Positions 50,261-58,889 of a stretch of DNA of 64,000 nt are shown in pieces. This DNA comes from Gammaproteobacteria bacterium (lineage in GTDB: Bacteria; Pseudomonadota; Gammaproteobacteria; Eutrophobiales; Eutrophobiaceae), in assembly GCA_965215365.1 (NCBI GenBank), contig CBDCDS010000003.1, positions 416,001 through 480,000 of the forward strand, in the 5' to 3' direction. The first letter of the stretch is position 1. Each line of letters begins with the position of its first letter. The notes below the pieces were generated by a model, which was given only the letters and a program-made list of their open reading frames with translations, ran no database searches and was not told the DNA's origin. The position numbers and the translations under genes are program-made.

Positions 50261-51541
50261 TTATCCCTGCTCCTCGGCTTGCAAATCTTCCGGCGTCAGG
50301 TCGTACAAATCCTGCACAGCCCGCAACATGGCCTGTTTTTCTCCGGCTTCAAGCCGGTGCAGCCGGGCGCTGGGGGGGTGCATCAATTTATTGGTCAGGG
50401 TGTGGGTAATCTCATGCAACAGGTCTTCGGGTTTGGCGCCGCCGCGCAGTTTTTGCAGCGCCGTTTCCAGCGCCTCCGCGCGCGCCTGCTGTGCCTGCCG
50501 CCGCAACGCCCGGATGGTGGCCACCGCGTCCTGCGAGTTGACCCAATCCATGAAATGGGTCACCTCGGTGTCGATAATCTGTTCCGCCTGCCGCGCCGCC
50601 GCCCGCCGGGTTTTGATGTTATCGTCGATAATGCCTTGCAGGTCGTCCACCGTGTACAGATAGACATCTTCCAGCTCGCCCACCTCAGCGTCCACATCGC
50701 GCGGCACCGCCATGTCGAGGATGAACACCGGCCTGTGTTTGCGCTTCAACAACGCGCGTTCCATCATGTCCCGGCGCAGCAACGGCGCCGGGCTGGCGGT
50801 GGCTGAGATGATGATATCGGCCTCGTCCAAGTGCTGCGGCAGTTCCTCCGGCGTTATGGTATAGGCGGAATACTGTCGCGCCAGACGCTGCGCCCGGTCC
50901 CGGGTGCGGTTGGCAACGATCATCTTTTGCAGGCCATTCTCATGCAGGTGTTTTGCGGCCAGCTCAATGGTCTCGCCGGCGCCGATGAGCAACACCGTTT
51001 GCCGGGACAGGTCGCCGAAGATATGCCGCGCCAGACGCACTGCGGCATAGGCCACGGACACCGGGTGGTTCCCGATCAGGGTATTGCTGCGCACCTCCTT
51101 GGCGACCTTGAACGAATGCTGAAACAACCGATTCAGCAACTTGCCGATACTACCGGCGGCAATGGCGGTCTGGTATGCCTGTTTCAGCTGCCCCAGCACC
51201 TGCGGCTCTCCAAGCACCATCGAATCCAGCCCGCTGGCCACCCTCAACATGTGTTTGACAGCGCCGGCGCCGGGGTGGGTATAGAGGTAGCTGCGCAATT
51301 CGTTATTCCGACAACCGTGAAACCCGGCGAACCAGTCGATGGGCCGGCTCGGGTCAGCCGCGTTCAGGTTGCAGTAAATTTCGGTGCGATTACAGGTAGA
51401 GAGAATGGCCGCCTCAGCAACGGCGCAGTCCCCGATCAACTCGGTCAACGCTCCGGACAACGCGTCGGCGCCGAAGGTCACCTTTTCGCGTACCTCCAGG
51501 GGAGCAGTCGTGTGATTGAGACCAAAAGCCAAAAGTGCCAT
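50261..51541 (-). CDS. hemA: Glutamyl-tRNA reductase
   Basis: GLNHTTAP, STCNRTE, GLDSMVLGEPQ, DMAVPRD. Confidence 0.96.
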   Translation of the reverse strand: MALLAFGLNHTTAPLEVREKVTFGADALSGALTELIGDCAVAEAAILSTCNRTEIYCNLNAADPSRPIDWFAGFHGCRNNELRSYLYTHPGAGAVKHMLRVASGLDSMVLGEPQVLGQLKQAYQTAIAAGSIGKLLNRLFQHSFKVAKEVRSNTLIGNHPVSVAYAAVRLARHIFGDLSRQTVLLIGAGETIELAAKHLHENGLQKMIVANRTRDRAQRLARQYSAYTITPEELPQHLDEADIIISATASPAPLLRRDMMERALLKRKHRPVFILDMAVPRDVDAEVGELEDVYLYTVDDLQGIIDDNIKTRRAAARQAEQIIDTEVTHFMDWVNSQDAVATIRALRRQAQQARAEALETALQKLRGGAKPEDLLHEITHTLTNKLMHPPSARLHRLEAGEKQAMLRAVQDLYDLTPEDLQAEEQG

Positions 51542-51619
51542 CGCGGTTACCCGAATATGATCTGTCACCGCTAATTTGCGGGACATTCAGACTGTGAGAG
51601 TTTACCACGAGTCACCAGA

Positions 51620-51882
51620 CCTTGTTTGTGCATCACAACTCATGACCCACCTGCCCATGCACACCTTCCGCCGTCGCGTCCAACTCTACCGCGGCAATCG
51701 CTACGTCAAGTCTTTCACCTGCCTCGACCAGTTCCTATGCCTGGCCTTCGCCCAACTCACCTAGGCGCACTTCCGCCAGACCAAGTCCGCCGTGAAACTG
51801 CATACCTTACTAGTACTCTTTCCATGTCTCCGACGGTACACTCCACGATGTCAAGGTCATTGACTTGTTCAGCCTCGATCCC
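51620..51882 (+). mobile_element. IS4-family (DUF4372) transposase remnant with internal deletions
   Basis: SQLMTHLPMHTFRR..KSFTCLDQFLCLAFAQLT, then AHFRQTKSAVKLHTLL, then HVSDGTLHDVKVID. Confidence 0.75.
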
Positions 51883-51970
51883 GCGCCTGCTATATCATAG
51901 ACCGCGCAGTCCTTTATTTTTCTTTGCTGTTCTGTTTTAATCAGCGCACGTTTGTCTGGTAAAGAATCTC

Positions 51971-52028
51971 GTTCGTCATTCCGGGCACTGCCTCAAGGCC
52001 AGGGCCGGCCCGCGCTGGAATGACGAAC
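51971..52028. repeat. REP-like hairpin GTTCGTCATTCC...GGAATGACGAAC
   Basis: 12-bp inverted repeat upstream of secA. Confidence 0.65.
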
Positions 52029-52072
52029 GCGGGAACACACTATTCGGCTCTGGCTCGTCACCCAAGGTTAGG

Positions 52073-54763
52073 ATGTTCAGAACTTTTTTCACAAAAATTT
52101 TCGGCAGCAGAAACGCCCGCGTCTTAAAGAGGATGCACAAGGCTGTGGCGCGCATCAACGCGCTGGAAGCGGAAATAGCCGCGCTGTCCGACGCAGAGTT
52201 CCCGCACCGGACTGCGCACCTGAAGTCTAGGTTCGAACGCGGCGAGACTCTGGAAGAGCTCCTGCCGGAGGCCTTTGCGCTGGTGCGTGAAGCCGGCAGG
52301 AGAACCCTGAACATGCGCCATTTCGATGTGCAACTGCTGGGCGGGATGGTGCTGCATCAAGGCAACATCGCCGAAATGCGCACCGGTGAGGGCAAGACCC
52401 TGGTGGCAACCTTGCCCGCGTATCTGAATGCCCTCACCGGTGCTGGCGTGCATATCATCACGGTCAACGATTATCTGGCGCAGCGCGATGCACAATGGAT
52501 GGGTGCCATCTACGCGTTCTTAGGAATGACGGTCGGGGTGATTGTATCCGGCCTCAACAACGAGGAGCGCCGGCGCGCATACAGCGCGGATATTACCTAT
52601 GGAACCAACAATGAGTTCGGTTTCGATTATCTGCGCGATAACATGAAGTTCCAACGCGACGATCAGGTACAAGGCAGCCTGAAGTACGCGATAGTGGATG
52701 AAGTTGATTCCATCCTGGTTGACGAAGCGCGCACGCCGCTGATTATCTCCGGCACAGTCGATGACCGTTCCGACCTGTACCTGAGCATGAACAGGATAGT
52801 GCCGCGCCTGACGCTGCAGCAGGATGAAGGCGCTGAGGGTGATTATGTGCTGGACGAAAAGAGCAAGCAGGCCTACTTGACGGAAACGGGGCACGACCGG
52901 GTGGAACAGCTGTTGCTGGAGCACAAGATCATGCAGCCCGGCATGAGCTTGTACGATCCGGTAAATATCCCTATCCTGCATCATCTGAACGCGGCGCTGC
53001 GCGCCCACGCCCTGTTCCACAACGATGTGGATTATATTGTGCAGAATAATGAAGTGGTGATTGTCGATGAGTTCACCGGCAGGACTATGCCGGGGCGGCG
53101 CTGGTCTGACGGTTTGCACCAGGCTATCGAGGCCAAGGAAAATGTCACCATTCAGAATGAAAACCAGACCCTGGCCACCATCACCTACCAGAATTATTTC
53201 CGCCTCTATGAAAAGCTGGCCGGCATGACCGGCACCGCAGACACCGAGGCGTATGAGTTTCAGCAGATCTACGGCCTGGAAGTGGTGGTGGCGCCCACGC
53301 ACCTGCCCATGATCAGGGATGACCAGGCGGACATGATCTACCTGAGCGCGCGCGAGAAGTTCAGTGCCATCATCGACGATATCAAGTCCTGCCAGACGCA
53401 GGGGCAACCGGTGCTGGTCGGCACCGTGTCCATAGAAGTATCGGAGTACCTGTCCGGCCAGTTGCAAAAGCAGAAGATCAAACACCAGGTGTTGAACGCC
53501 AAGTACCATGAAAAAGAAGCCGAAATCATCGCTCAGGCCGGTCGTCCGGGTACGGTGACAATTGCCACAAATATGGCCGGACGCGGCACTGACATCGTAC
53601 TGGGCGGCAACCTGGACGCAGAGCTCAAGAGCTTAGGAGAGGTTGACGCAGCGACGCTGGAACAGGCGCGCGCGGCGTGGCAGACGCGCCATGACCAGGT
53701 GGTCGGCGTCGGCGGGTTGCGCATTATCGGCACTGAACGGCATGAATCCAGGCGTATCGACAACCAGTTGCGGGGGCGTGCGGGACGCCAGGGCGACCCG
53801 GGTTCAAGCCGGTTCTATATCTCGCTGGAGGATGACCTGATGCGTATTTTTGCATCGGAACGGGTGTCGGCCATTATGCAGAAACTGGGCATGGAAGAGG
53901 GAGAGGCCATCGAATCCAACCTGGTGACCCGGGCCATAGAAAACGCGCAACGAAAAGTGGAAGCCCACAACTTCGATATTCGTAAGCATTTGCTGGAATA
54001 TGACGATGTCGCCAACGACCAGCGCAAGGTCATTTATGAATGGCGCAAGGAGCTGCTGGGCGGGGATGACATCTCCACGGATATCCTTACCATGCGCGCA
54101 GATGTTATCAAAGGTATTTTTACAACCCACATTCCTCCCGGCAGTGTGGAGGAGCTGTGGAATGTCGCAGACTTAACGGAGGCGCTCAGCAATGAATTGA
54201 ACGTGCAGCTGCCGTTGCAAGAGTGGTTGGACCAGGACGACAACTTGGATGAGGAGGCGTTGCTGGCAAAGGTTACTGCAAACGTGGCCGCTGAGGTGGA
54301 ACACAAGCATCACGCGCTGCCGGAAGAAATGGTGCGCCGGGTGGAAAAAGGGCTGATGCTCGATACCCTGGACCGGCATTGGAAAGAGCATCTGGTGGCC
54401 ATGGACCACCTGCGCCAGGGCATCGGGCTGCGCGGTTACGCAGCCCGGAATCCCAAGCAGGAATACAAAAAAGAGGCCTTCGCCATGTTTAGCGCGATGC
54501 TGGAAAATATCAAGTACGATGTTGTGACCCTGCTCGCCAAGATACAGCTCCGGGAAGGGCAGGAGGCGCAACTGTTGCCGCGCCGCGCCCAGCCTGCGGC
54601 CATGCAATTCAATCATCCGGCCGCGCCCGACACTCTGGGCAAACGGGAACAGCCGCCTCAACAAAAGCCGTTTATCCGTGAGCAGAGAAAGATCGGCCGC
54701 AATGAGCCCTGTCCGTGCGGTTCCGGGAAGAAATACAAACTTTGTCATGGCAAGCTGAGTTAG
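52073..54763 (+). CDS. secA: Preprotein translocase SecA
   Basis: [41 protein letters not shown]. Confidence 0.98.
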   Translation: MFRTFFTKIFGSRNARVLKRMHKAVARINALEAEIAALSDAEFPHRTAHLKSRFERGETLEELLPEAFALVREAGRRTLNMRHFDVQLLGGMVLHQGNIAEMRTGEGKTLVATLPAYLNALTGAGVHIITVNDYLAQRDAQWMGAIYAFLGMTVGVIVSGLNNEERRRAYSADITYGTNNEFGFDYLRDNMKFQRDDQVQGSLKYAIVDEVDSILVDEARTPLIISGTVDDRSDLYLSMNRIVPRLTLQQDEGAEGDYVLDEKSKQAYLTETGHDRVEQLLLEHKIMQPGMSLYDPVNIPILHHLNAALRAHALFHNDVDYIVQNNEVVIVDEFTGRTMPGRRWSDGLHQAIEAKENVTIQNENQTLATITYQNYFRLYEKLAGMTGTADTEAYEFQQIYGLEVVVAPTHLPMIRDDQADMIYLSAREKFSAIIDDIKSCQTQGQPVLVGTVSIEVSEYLSGQLQKQKIKHQVLNAKYHEKEAEIIAQAGRPGTVTIATNMAGRGTDIVLGGNLDAELKSLGEVDAATLEQARAAWQTRHDQVVGVGGLRIIGTERHESRRIDNQLRGRAGRQGDPGSSRFYISLEDDLMRIFASERVSAIMQKLGMEEGEAIESNLVTRAIENAQRKVEAHNFDIRKHLLEYDDVANDQRKVIYEWRKELLGGDDISTDILTMRADVIKGIFTTHIPPGSVEELWNVADLTEALSNELNVQLPLQEWLDQDDNLDEEALLAKVTANVAAEVEHKHHALPEEMVRRVEKGLMLDTLDRHWKEHLVAMDHLRQGIGLRGYAARNPKQEYKKEAFAMFSAMLENIKYDVVTLLAKIQLREGQEAQLLPRRAQPAAMQFNHPAAPDTLGKREQPPQQKPFIREQRKIGRNEPCPCGSGKKYKLCHGKLS

Positions 54764-54794
54764 CTTTGCACGAGTACCAGGAAGCGAAATCAAT

Positions 54795-56000
54795 TTGAAC
54801 AAAGCTCTGTATCCTGTTAACGGTATCCGGCTGGCCGCGGCTTCGGCGGGTAGCTACGGCCAGGTGCGTGATGATCTGGCCCTGTTCGAGCTCTGTGACG
54901 GCGCTCGCCTCAGCGCAGTGTTTACCCGCAACCGGTTTTGCGCGGCGCCGGTGAGGGTTGCCAGAGAGCATCTGCGCCAGCGGGCGGCGCGTTACCTGCT
55001 GGTGAACGCCGGTAATGCCAATGCCGGCACCGGCGCCCGAGGGGTTACCGATGCCGTGCAGGTGTGCCGCGCACTGGCGTCTTGCGCCGGGTCTGAGCCG
55101 GAGGCAGTGTTGCCGTTTTCCACCGGGGTGATCGGGGAGTATCTGCCGGTCGATAAAATCTGTCGGGCGCTGCCGACTTTGCTCGACAAACTGACCGCTG
55201 AGGCCTGGCACGACTGCGCCCGGGCCATCATGACTACCGATACGCGCCCCAAGGCGCGCTCAGTACAGTTCAACCTTGACGGTAATACGGCGACCGTAAC
55301 CGGCATCGCCAAAGGCGCCGGGATGATCAAACCGGATATGGCCACCATGCTGGCGTTTATCGCCACGGACGCGGCGTTGCAGCAACCGGTGCTGGAGCGC
55401 ATTCTGGCCGCGGCCGTGCAGCAGTCATTCAACCGCATCTGTGTGGACGGCGACACCTCCACCAATGACGCCTGTGTACTGGTAGCCACCGGTCAGGGGC
55501 AGGCCGGCCACCCACCCATCACCGAACACAGCCCGGCTTACCAACAACTGCAGCAGCAGGTCACGGCGCTCTGTATCGGTCTGGCCCAGGATCTTGTTCG
55601 GGATGCCGAGGGCGCGACAAAATTCGTCACCGTCCAGGTGGATAATGCCGCCAGTGCAGCTGACTGCGACGCGCTGGCGGCAGCCATAACCACCTCGCCA
55701 CTGGTCAAAACTGCGCTCTACGCAAGCGACCCCAACTGGGGCAGGATCCTGGCTGCGTTGGGCCGCAGCAAAGCCGCCAGACTGGATATCAACAAGGTGT
55801 CCATATACTTGAACCAGGTGTGTATCGTAACCAACGGTGCCAGGGCCGCAGACTATACCGAGGAGCAAGGTGCCGCCGCCATGCAGCAGGAAGAAATCGA
55901 TATTCGCATCGACTTAAATCAGGGCGTTGCCAGCGCCTGCTACTGGACCTGTGACTTGTCCCATGATTACGTCACCATTAACGCAGAGTACCGGACCTGA
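54795..56000 (+). CDS. argJ: Bifunctional ornithine acetyltransferase
   Basis: GNANAGTG, KGAGMIKPDMATML, DTSTND, DPNWGR. Confidence 0.95.
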   Translation: MNKALYPVNGIRLAAASAGSYGQVRDDLALFELCDGARLSAVFTRNRFCAAPVRVAREHLRQRAARYLLVNAGNANAGTGARGVTDAVQVCRALASCAGSEPEAVLPFSTGVIGEYLPVDKICRALPTLLDKLTAEAWHDCARAIMTTDTRPKARSVQFNLDGNTATVTGIAKGAGMIKPDMATMLAFIATDAALQQPVLERILAAAVQQSFNRICVDGDTSTNDACVLVATGQGQAGHPPITEHSPAYQQLQQQVTALCIGLAQDLVRDAEGATKFVTVQVDNAASAADCDALAAAITTSPLVKTALYASDPNWGRILAALGRSKAARLDINKVSIYLNQVCIVTNGARAADYTEEQGAAAMQQEEIDIRIDLNQGVASACYWTCDLSHDYVTINAEYRT

Positions 56001-56022
56001 GGGCGGCTAACCCGCCAGGCCG

Positions 56023-57000
56023 ATGGGTAGCAGACAGCAGGTTGTGCTGGGTGTCATCTGCGACCCCAGCGGCAGCAAGGCGCTGGTCGCCCGGCGCGCG
56101 CCGGGTTCGCATCTTGGCGGTTTTTGGGAATTCCCCGGCGGCAAGGTGCGGCCCGGCGAAGCTGCGCTGGCAGCCCTCAAGCGCGAACTTCATGAAGAGG
56201 TGAATATAGAGGTTGGCGGCTGCACCCCGCTGCTCTCGTTCGATTACGACTACCCGGACCGGTCATTGCACTTCAAGGTATGGAAGATCCACGACTGGGC
56301 CGGCGCCGCAACCGGCAAGGCAGGACAGGAAACTCGCTGGCTGGACCTCTCGGCGCTATCGGTGCGGGATTTTCCTCCTGCCAACAGAGGCATTATCAAC
56401 GCCTGCCGGCTACCGCCGCTGTATCTTATCACCCCGCCCCTGCAGCGTGACCCGGCGGCTGCTGTAAAGCAGTTGCAGGAATATCTGGCCGCTGGCGTAA
56501 AACTGGTGCAATTCAGGAGTAAAACAGCGCCTCACCCCGACTCCGCGCTGGCGCAAATGATCGACGCGTGCACCAGCGCCGGCGCTGAGTTGCTGGTCAA
56601 TGCCACCCCGGAGTTGGCCCTGCGCGCCGGTGCGGCCGGCGTCCACCTCAACAGTCAGCGCCTGCGGCAAACCTTAACACGCCCGCTGCCTGCCGCGTCC
56701 TGGGTTGCCGCCTCCTGCCACGACCTTGACGAATTGCGTCATGCGGCACTAATCGGCGTTGACTTCTGTGTGCTGTCCCCGGTGCGCAAGCCCACCGGCA
56801 AGGACGGCATGGCGCTGGGCTGGGAGCGGTTTTCCGACCTGGTCGGCAAGTTGCCGATACCCGTTTATGCGCTGGGTGGAATGAAGCTGTCCGACCTCGA
56901 GCAGGCCCGACAATACGGCGCCCAGGGCATCGCCTTGATCAGCGACGTTTGGAGCCGGGCGGATGCTGCCGCAAGGCTTGGCCGGTTACACCTCGGTTAA
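56023..57000 (+). CDS. MutT Nudix hydrolase fused to a thiamine-phosphate-synthase-like barrel
   Basis: WEFPGGK..RELHEE Nudix box; GVHL, ASCH, YALGG. Confidence 0.9.
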   Translation: MGSRQQVVLGVICDPSGSKALVARRAPGSHLGGFWEFPGGKVRPGEAALAALKRELHEEVNIEVGGCTPLLSFDYDYPDRSLHFKVWKIHDWAGAATGKAGQETRWLDLSALSVRDFPPANRGIINACRLPPLYLITPPLQRDPAAAVKQLQEYLAAGVKLVQFRSKTAPHPDSALAQMIDACTSAGAELLVNATPELALRAGAAGVHLNSQRLRQTLTRPLPAASWVAASCHDLDELRHAALIGVDFCVLSPVRKPTGKDGMALGWERFSDLVGKLPIPVYALGGMKLSDLEQARQYGAQGIALISDVWSRADAAARLGRLHLG

Positions 57001-57062
57001 CCCGCAGAGCTCACCAAGTCGCTTGTTGCCTTATGAAACATTTTTGCTATCAAAAAGTTAGG
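56998..57062. mobile_element. MITE left end beginning in the TAA stop of the Nudix gene
   Basis: TAACCCGCAGAGCTCACCAAGTCGCTTGTTGCCTTATGAAACAT. Confidence 0.8.
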
Positions 57063-57135
57063 AGCATAGTGATACCTGAGGCTGTCTGGACACTGTTTCT
57101 GGTTGGCGAGCCAGTGATATATTCCAGAAACGTGC

Positions 57136-57240
57136 TTGAGTAGCGTTTTACAAGATCAAACATCGTGACTATAATCTATCGTTAGAATAGCATTTTACAA
57201 GATCAAACATCGTGACTATAATCAACCGTTGAGTAGCGTT
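57136..57240 (+). repeat. ~47-bp tandem duplication (about 2.3 copies) upstream of the glycine-rich-domain gene
   Basis: TTTTACAAGATCAAACATCGTGACTATAATC at 57146 and 57193; TTGAGTAGCGTT at 57136 and 57229. Confidence 0.85.
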
Positions 57241-57243
57241 AAG

Positions 57244-57750
57244 ATGAACAAACAGCAAATTTTACTGAAATTGGACCTCGAGCCCATCATCATCAAGGCC
57301 ATGGACGAGGATGAGGGTAGCGGATGGTCTCTTGGCCTTGCTTGTCGTATTGCGGAAGAATACCGTAAGTTTCTTATTCTCTGTTTTGAGAATCCGGATG
57401 AACCCGTTGTCCCTTCCAGTTTTGTCGATGACTTCTGGCACCTGCATATACTTGATACACAAAAGTACATGGAGGACTGCCACCAATATCTTGGTTACAT
57501 GCTGCATCACTTTCCTTATTTCGGGATGAGGGGCGAGGAAGATGCGAAAAATCTACGACAAGCATGGGAGAAAACGCTGGAGTTATATGAATCAACATTC
57601 GGTAAATCCGCGCCTTCCGATCTATGGCCTAAGTCCAATCGTTGTCCTAACTGCGGACGTCGTTCCAGCAGAGGAGACAGTGGGCACATAAACCGGCCTG
57701 TTTTTGATGAGAGAAGACCCAAGTTGGTTGATATGGGGCTTGTCATCTAG
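57244..57750 (+). CDS. Glycine-rich-domain (GRDP/DUF1399-like) family protein
   Basis: EYRKFL, PSSFVDDFWHLHILDTQKY, LHHFP motifs; C-terminal CPNC. Confidence 0.75.
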   Translation: MNKQQILLKLDLEPIIIKAMDEDEGSGWSLGLACRIAEEYRKFLILCFENPDEPVVPSSFVDDFWHLHILDTQKYMEDCHQYLGYMLHHFPYFGMRGEEDAKNLRQAWEKTLELYESTFGKSAPSDLWPKSNRCPNCGRRSSRGDSGHINRPVFDERRPKLVDMGLVI

Positions 57751-57766
57751 TTGTATGTTTTTGTAG

Positions 57767-58033
57767 GCTATTTTTTCAGTAGTAGTATCCTCATATATAT
57801 TTAGCGCTGATTTCAGTAACACCAAGCTTTCAAGAGTCAATTTTTCCGATAGTGTTTTGATCAATTGTGTTTTTGACAAGACAGATTTATCAGAATCCAA
57901 TTTTGTCGCGTCCAATCTGAAAGAATCATCCATCACTCAAGAACAGGTCAATAGAATAGGAGATACCAATCTCAAAGACGCTGTTCTGCCTGAGGGCTTA
58001 TCGCTGGCGAATAGAGAAGCCAACTCCAGCTGA
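57767..58033 (+). pseudogene. Pentapeptide-repeat protein C-terminal fragment (not in the ORF track; no start)
   Basis: ADFSN TKLSR VNFSD SVLIN CVFDK TDLSE SNFVA SNLKE..NLKDAVLPEG..*; in-frame TAG at 57764. Confidence 0.75.
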
Positions 58034-58074
58034 AACAAGATACACAAGTTCCAGTGAAAGCCACCCAATCACCA

Positions 58075-58107
58075 TAAGGCCACCTCTAATTAATAGAGGT
58101 GGCCTTA
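58075..58107. terminator. 14-bp stem hairpin between convergent genes
   Basis: TAAGGCCACCTCTA-ATTAA-TAGAGGTGGCCTTA. Confidence 0.65.
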
Positions 58108-58126
58108 ATACCAACTGACTTACCAG

Positions 58127-58849
58127 TCAGAACGCCAACCCGGTTCCGAGATCGAGGCCCAGCAATGCTGCCGCGCTGCCGCCGTTCACGGCAATCTCCA
58201 CCAGCCTTTGAGAGTTGCAATACCAAAAGGCTGTACCCGGCGGGACGGATGAAAAAGTGTGTGCGTGGGAAACCGTAAAACCGTTCACTCGTATTACCCT
58301 GTTATGTTCCGGTATCTCAGCCCTGATCCCGGTCATGCAGTTGCCGAAGTGGTCGATGTAGATAATCTCCGCAAGGTCGTCCGGCCAGTCGTGCCGGTCT
58401 TTCCAGAGTGTTTTCACACCGGGTATCTCATTGCTGCTGAGTCTGGCCGCGATCGGGGCGTACAAATCGCGGCCGTGGAAGCTGGCAGATAACGTTTGCG
58501 GTTCACAGTCAACATGCCAGCATTGCACCCCGGGACTACGCCGGCAGACGATGTCGAACAGGCCGTTGTCCGGTCCGACGTACCATTGTCCGTCCGCGCT
58601 GATGATGACGGGCTGATGCTGAAAATTACCGACGCCAGGATCTACCACGGCAAAGAAGATCGTCCCCGGCGGTGCCTCACAGGCGCGGCTGCACGAAGCC
58701 AGCAGGTACGCTGCGGCCCTGGGATCGTTACGGGGTGCATCAGCCAGTAGATTGATAACTTTCTCGCCCGGTGCCAACCGGTGCAACACCGCCTGCACCT
58801 GCCCCAGATAAGGCCCCGCCCAACCGTAATCGGTAAACAGCGCGATCAT
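58127..58849 (-). CDS. SAM hydrolase / SAM-dependent halogenase family (DUF62)
   Basis: LFTDYG, VVDPGVG, GPDNG, SFHGRD, YIDHFGN, EIAVNGGSAA. Confidence 0.9.
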   Translation of the reverse strand: MIALFTDYGWAGPYLGQVQAVLHRLAPGEKVINLLADAPRNDPRAAAYLLASCSRACEAPPGTIFFAVVDPGVGNFQHQPVIISADGQWYVGPDNGLFDIVCRRSPGVQCWHVDCEPQTLSASFHGRDLYAPIAARLSSNEIPGVKTLWKDRHDWPDDLAEIIYIDHFGNCMTGIRAEIPEHNRVIRVNGFTVSHAHTFSSVPPGTAFWYCNSQRLVEIAVNGGSAAALLGLDLGTGLAF

Positions 58850-58889
58850 GCTGCAATGATAGCATGAGCGGATTTGGGAATTTACACGT

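Noticed and set aside
56023-57000. Nudix-ThiE fusion as a novelty
   Set aside because: This is a well-known arrangement after secA-argJ in gammaproteobacteria.
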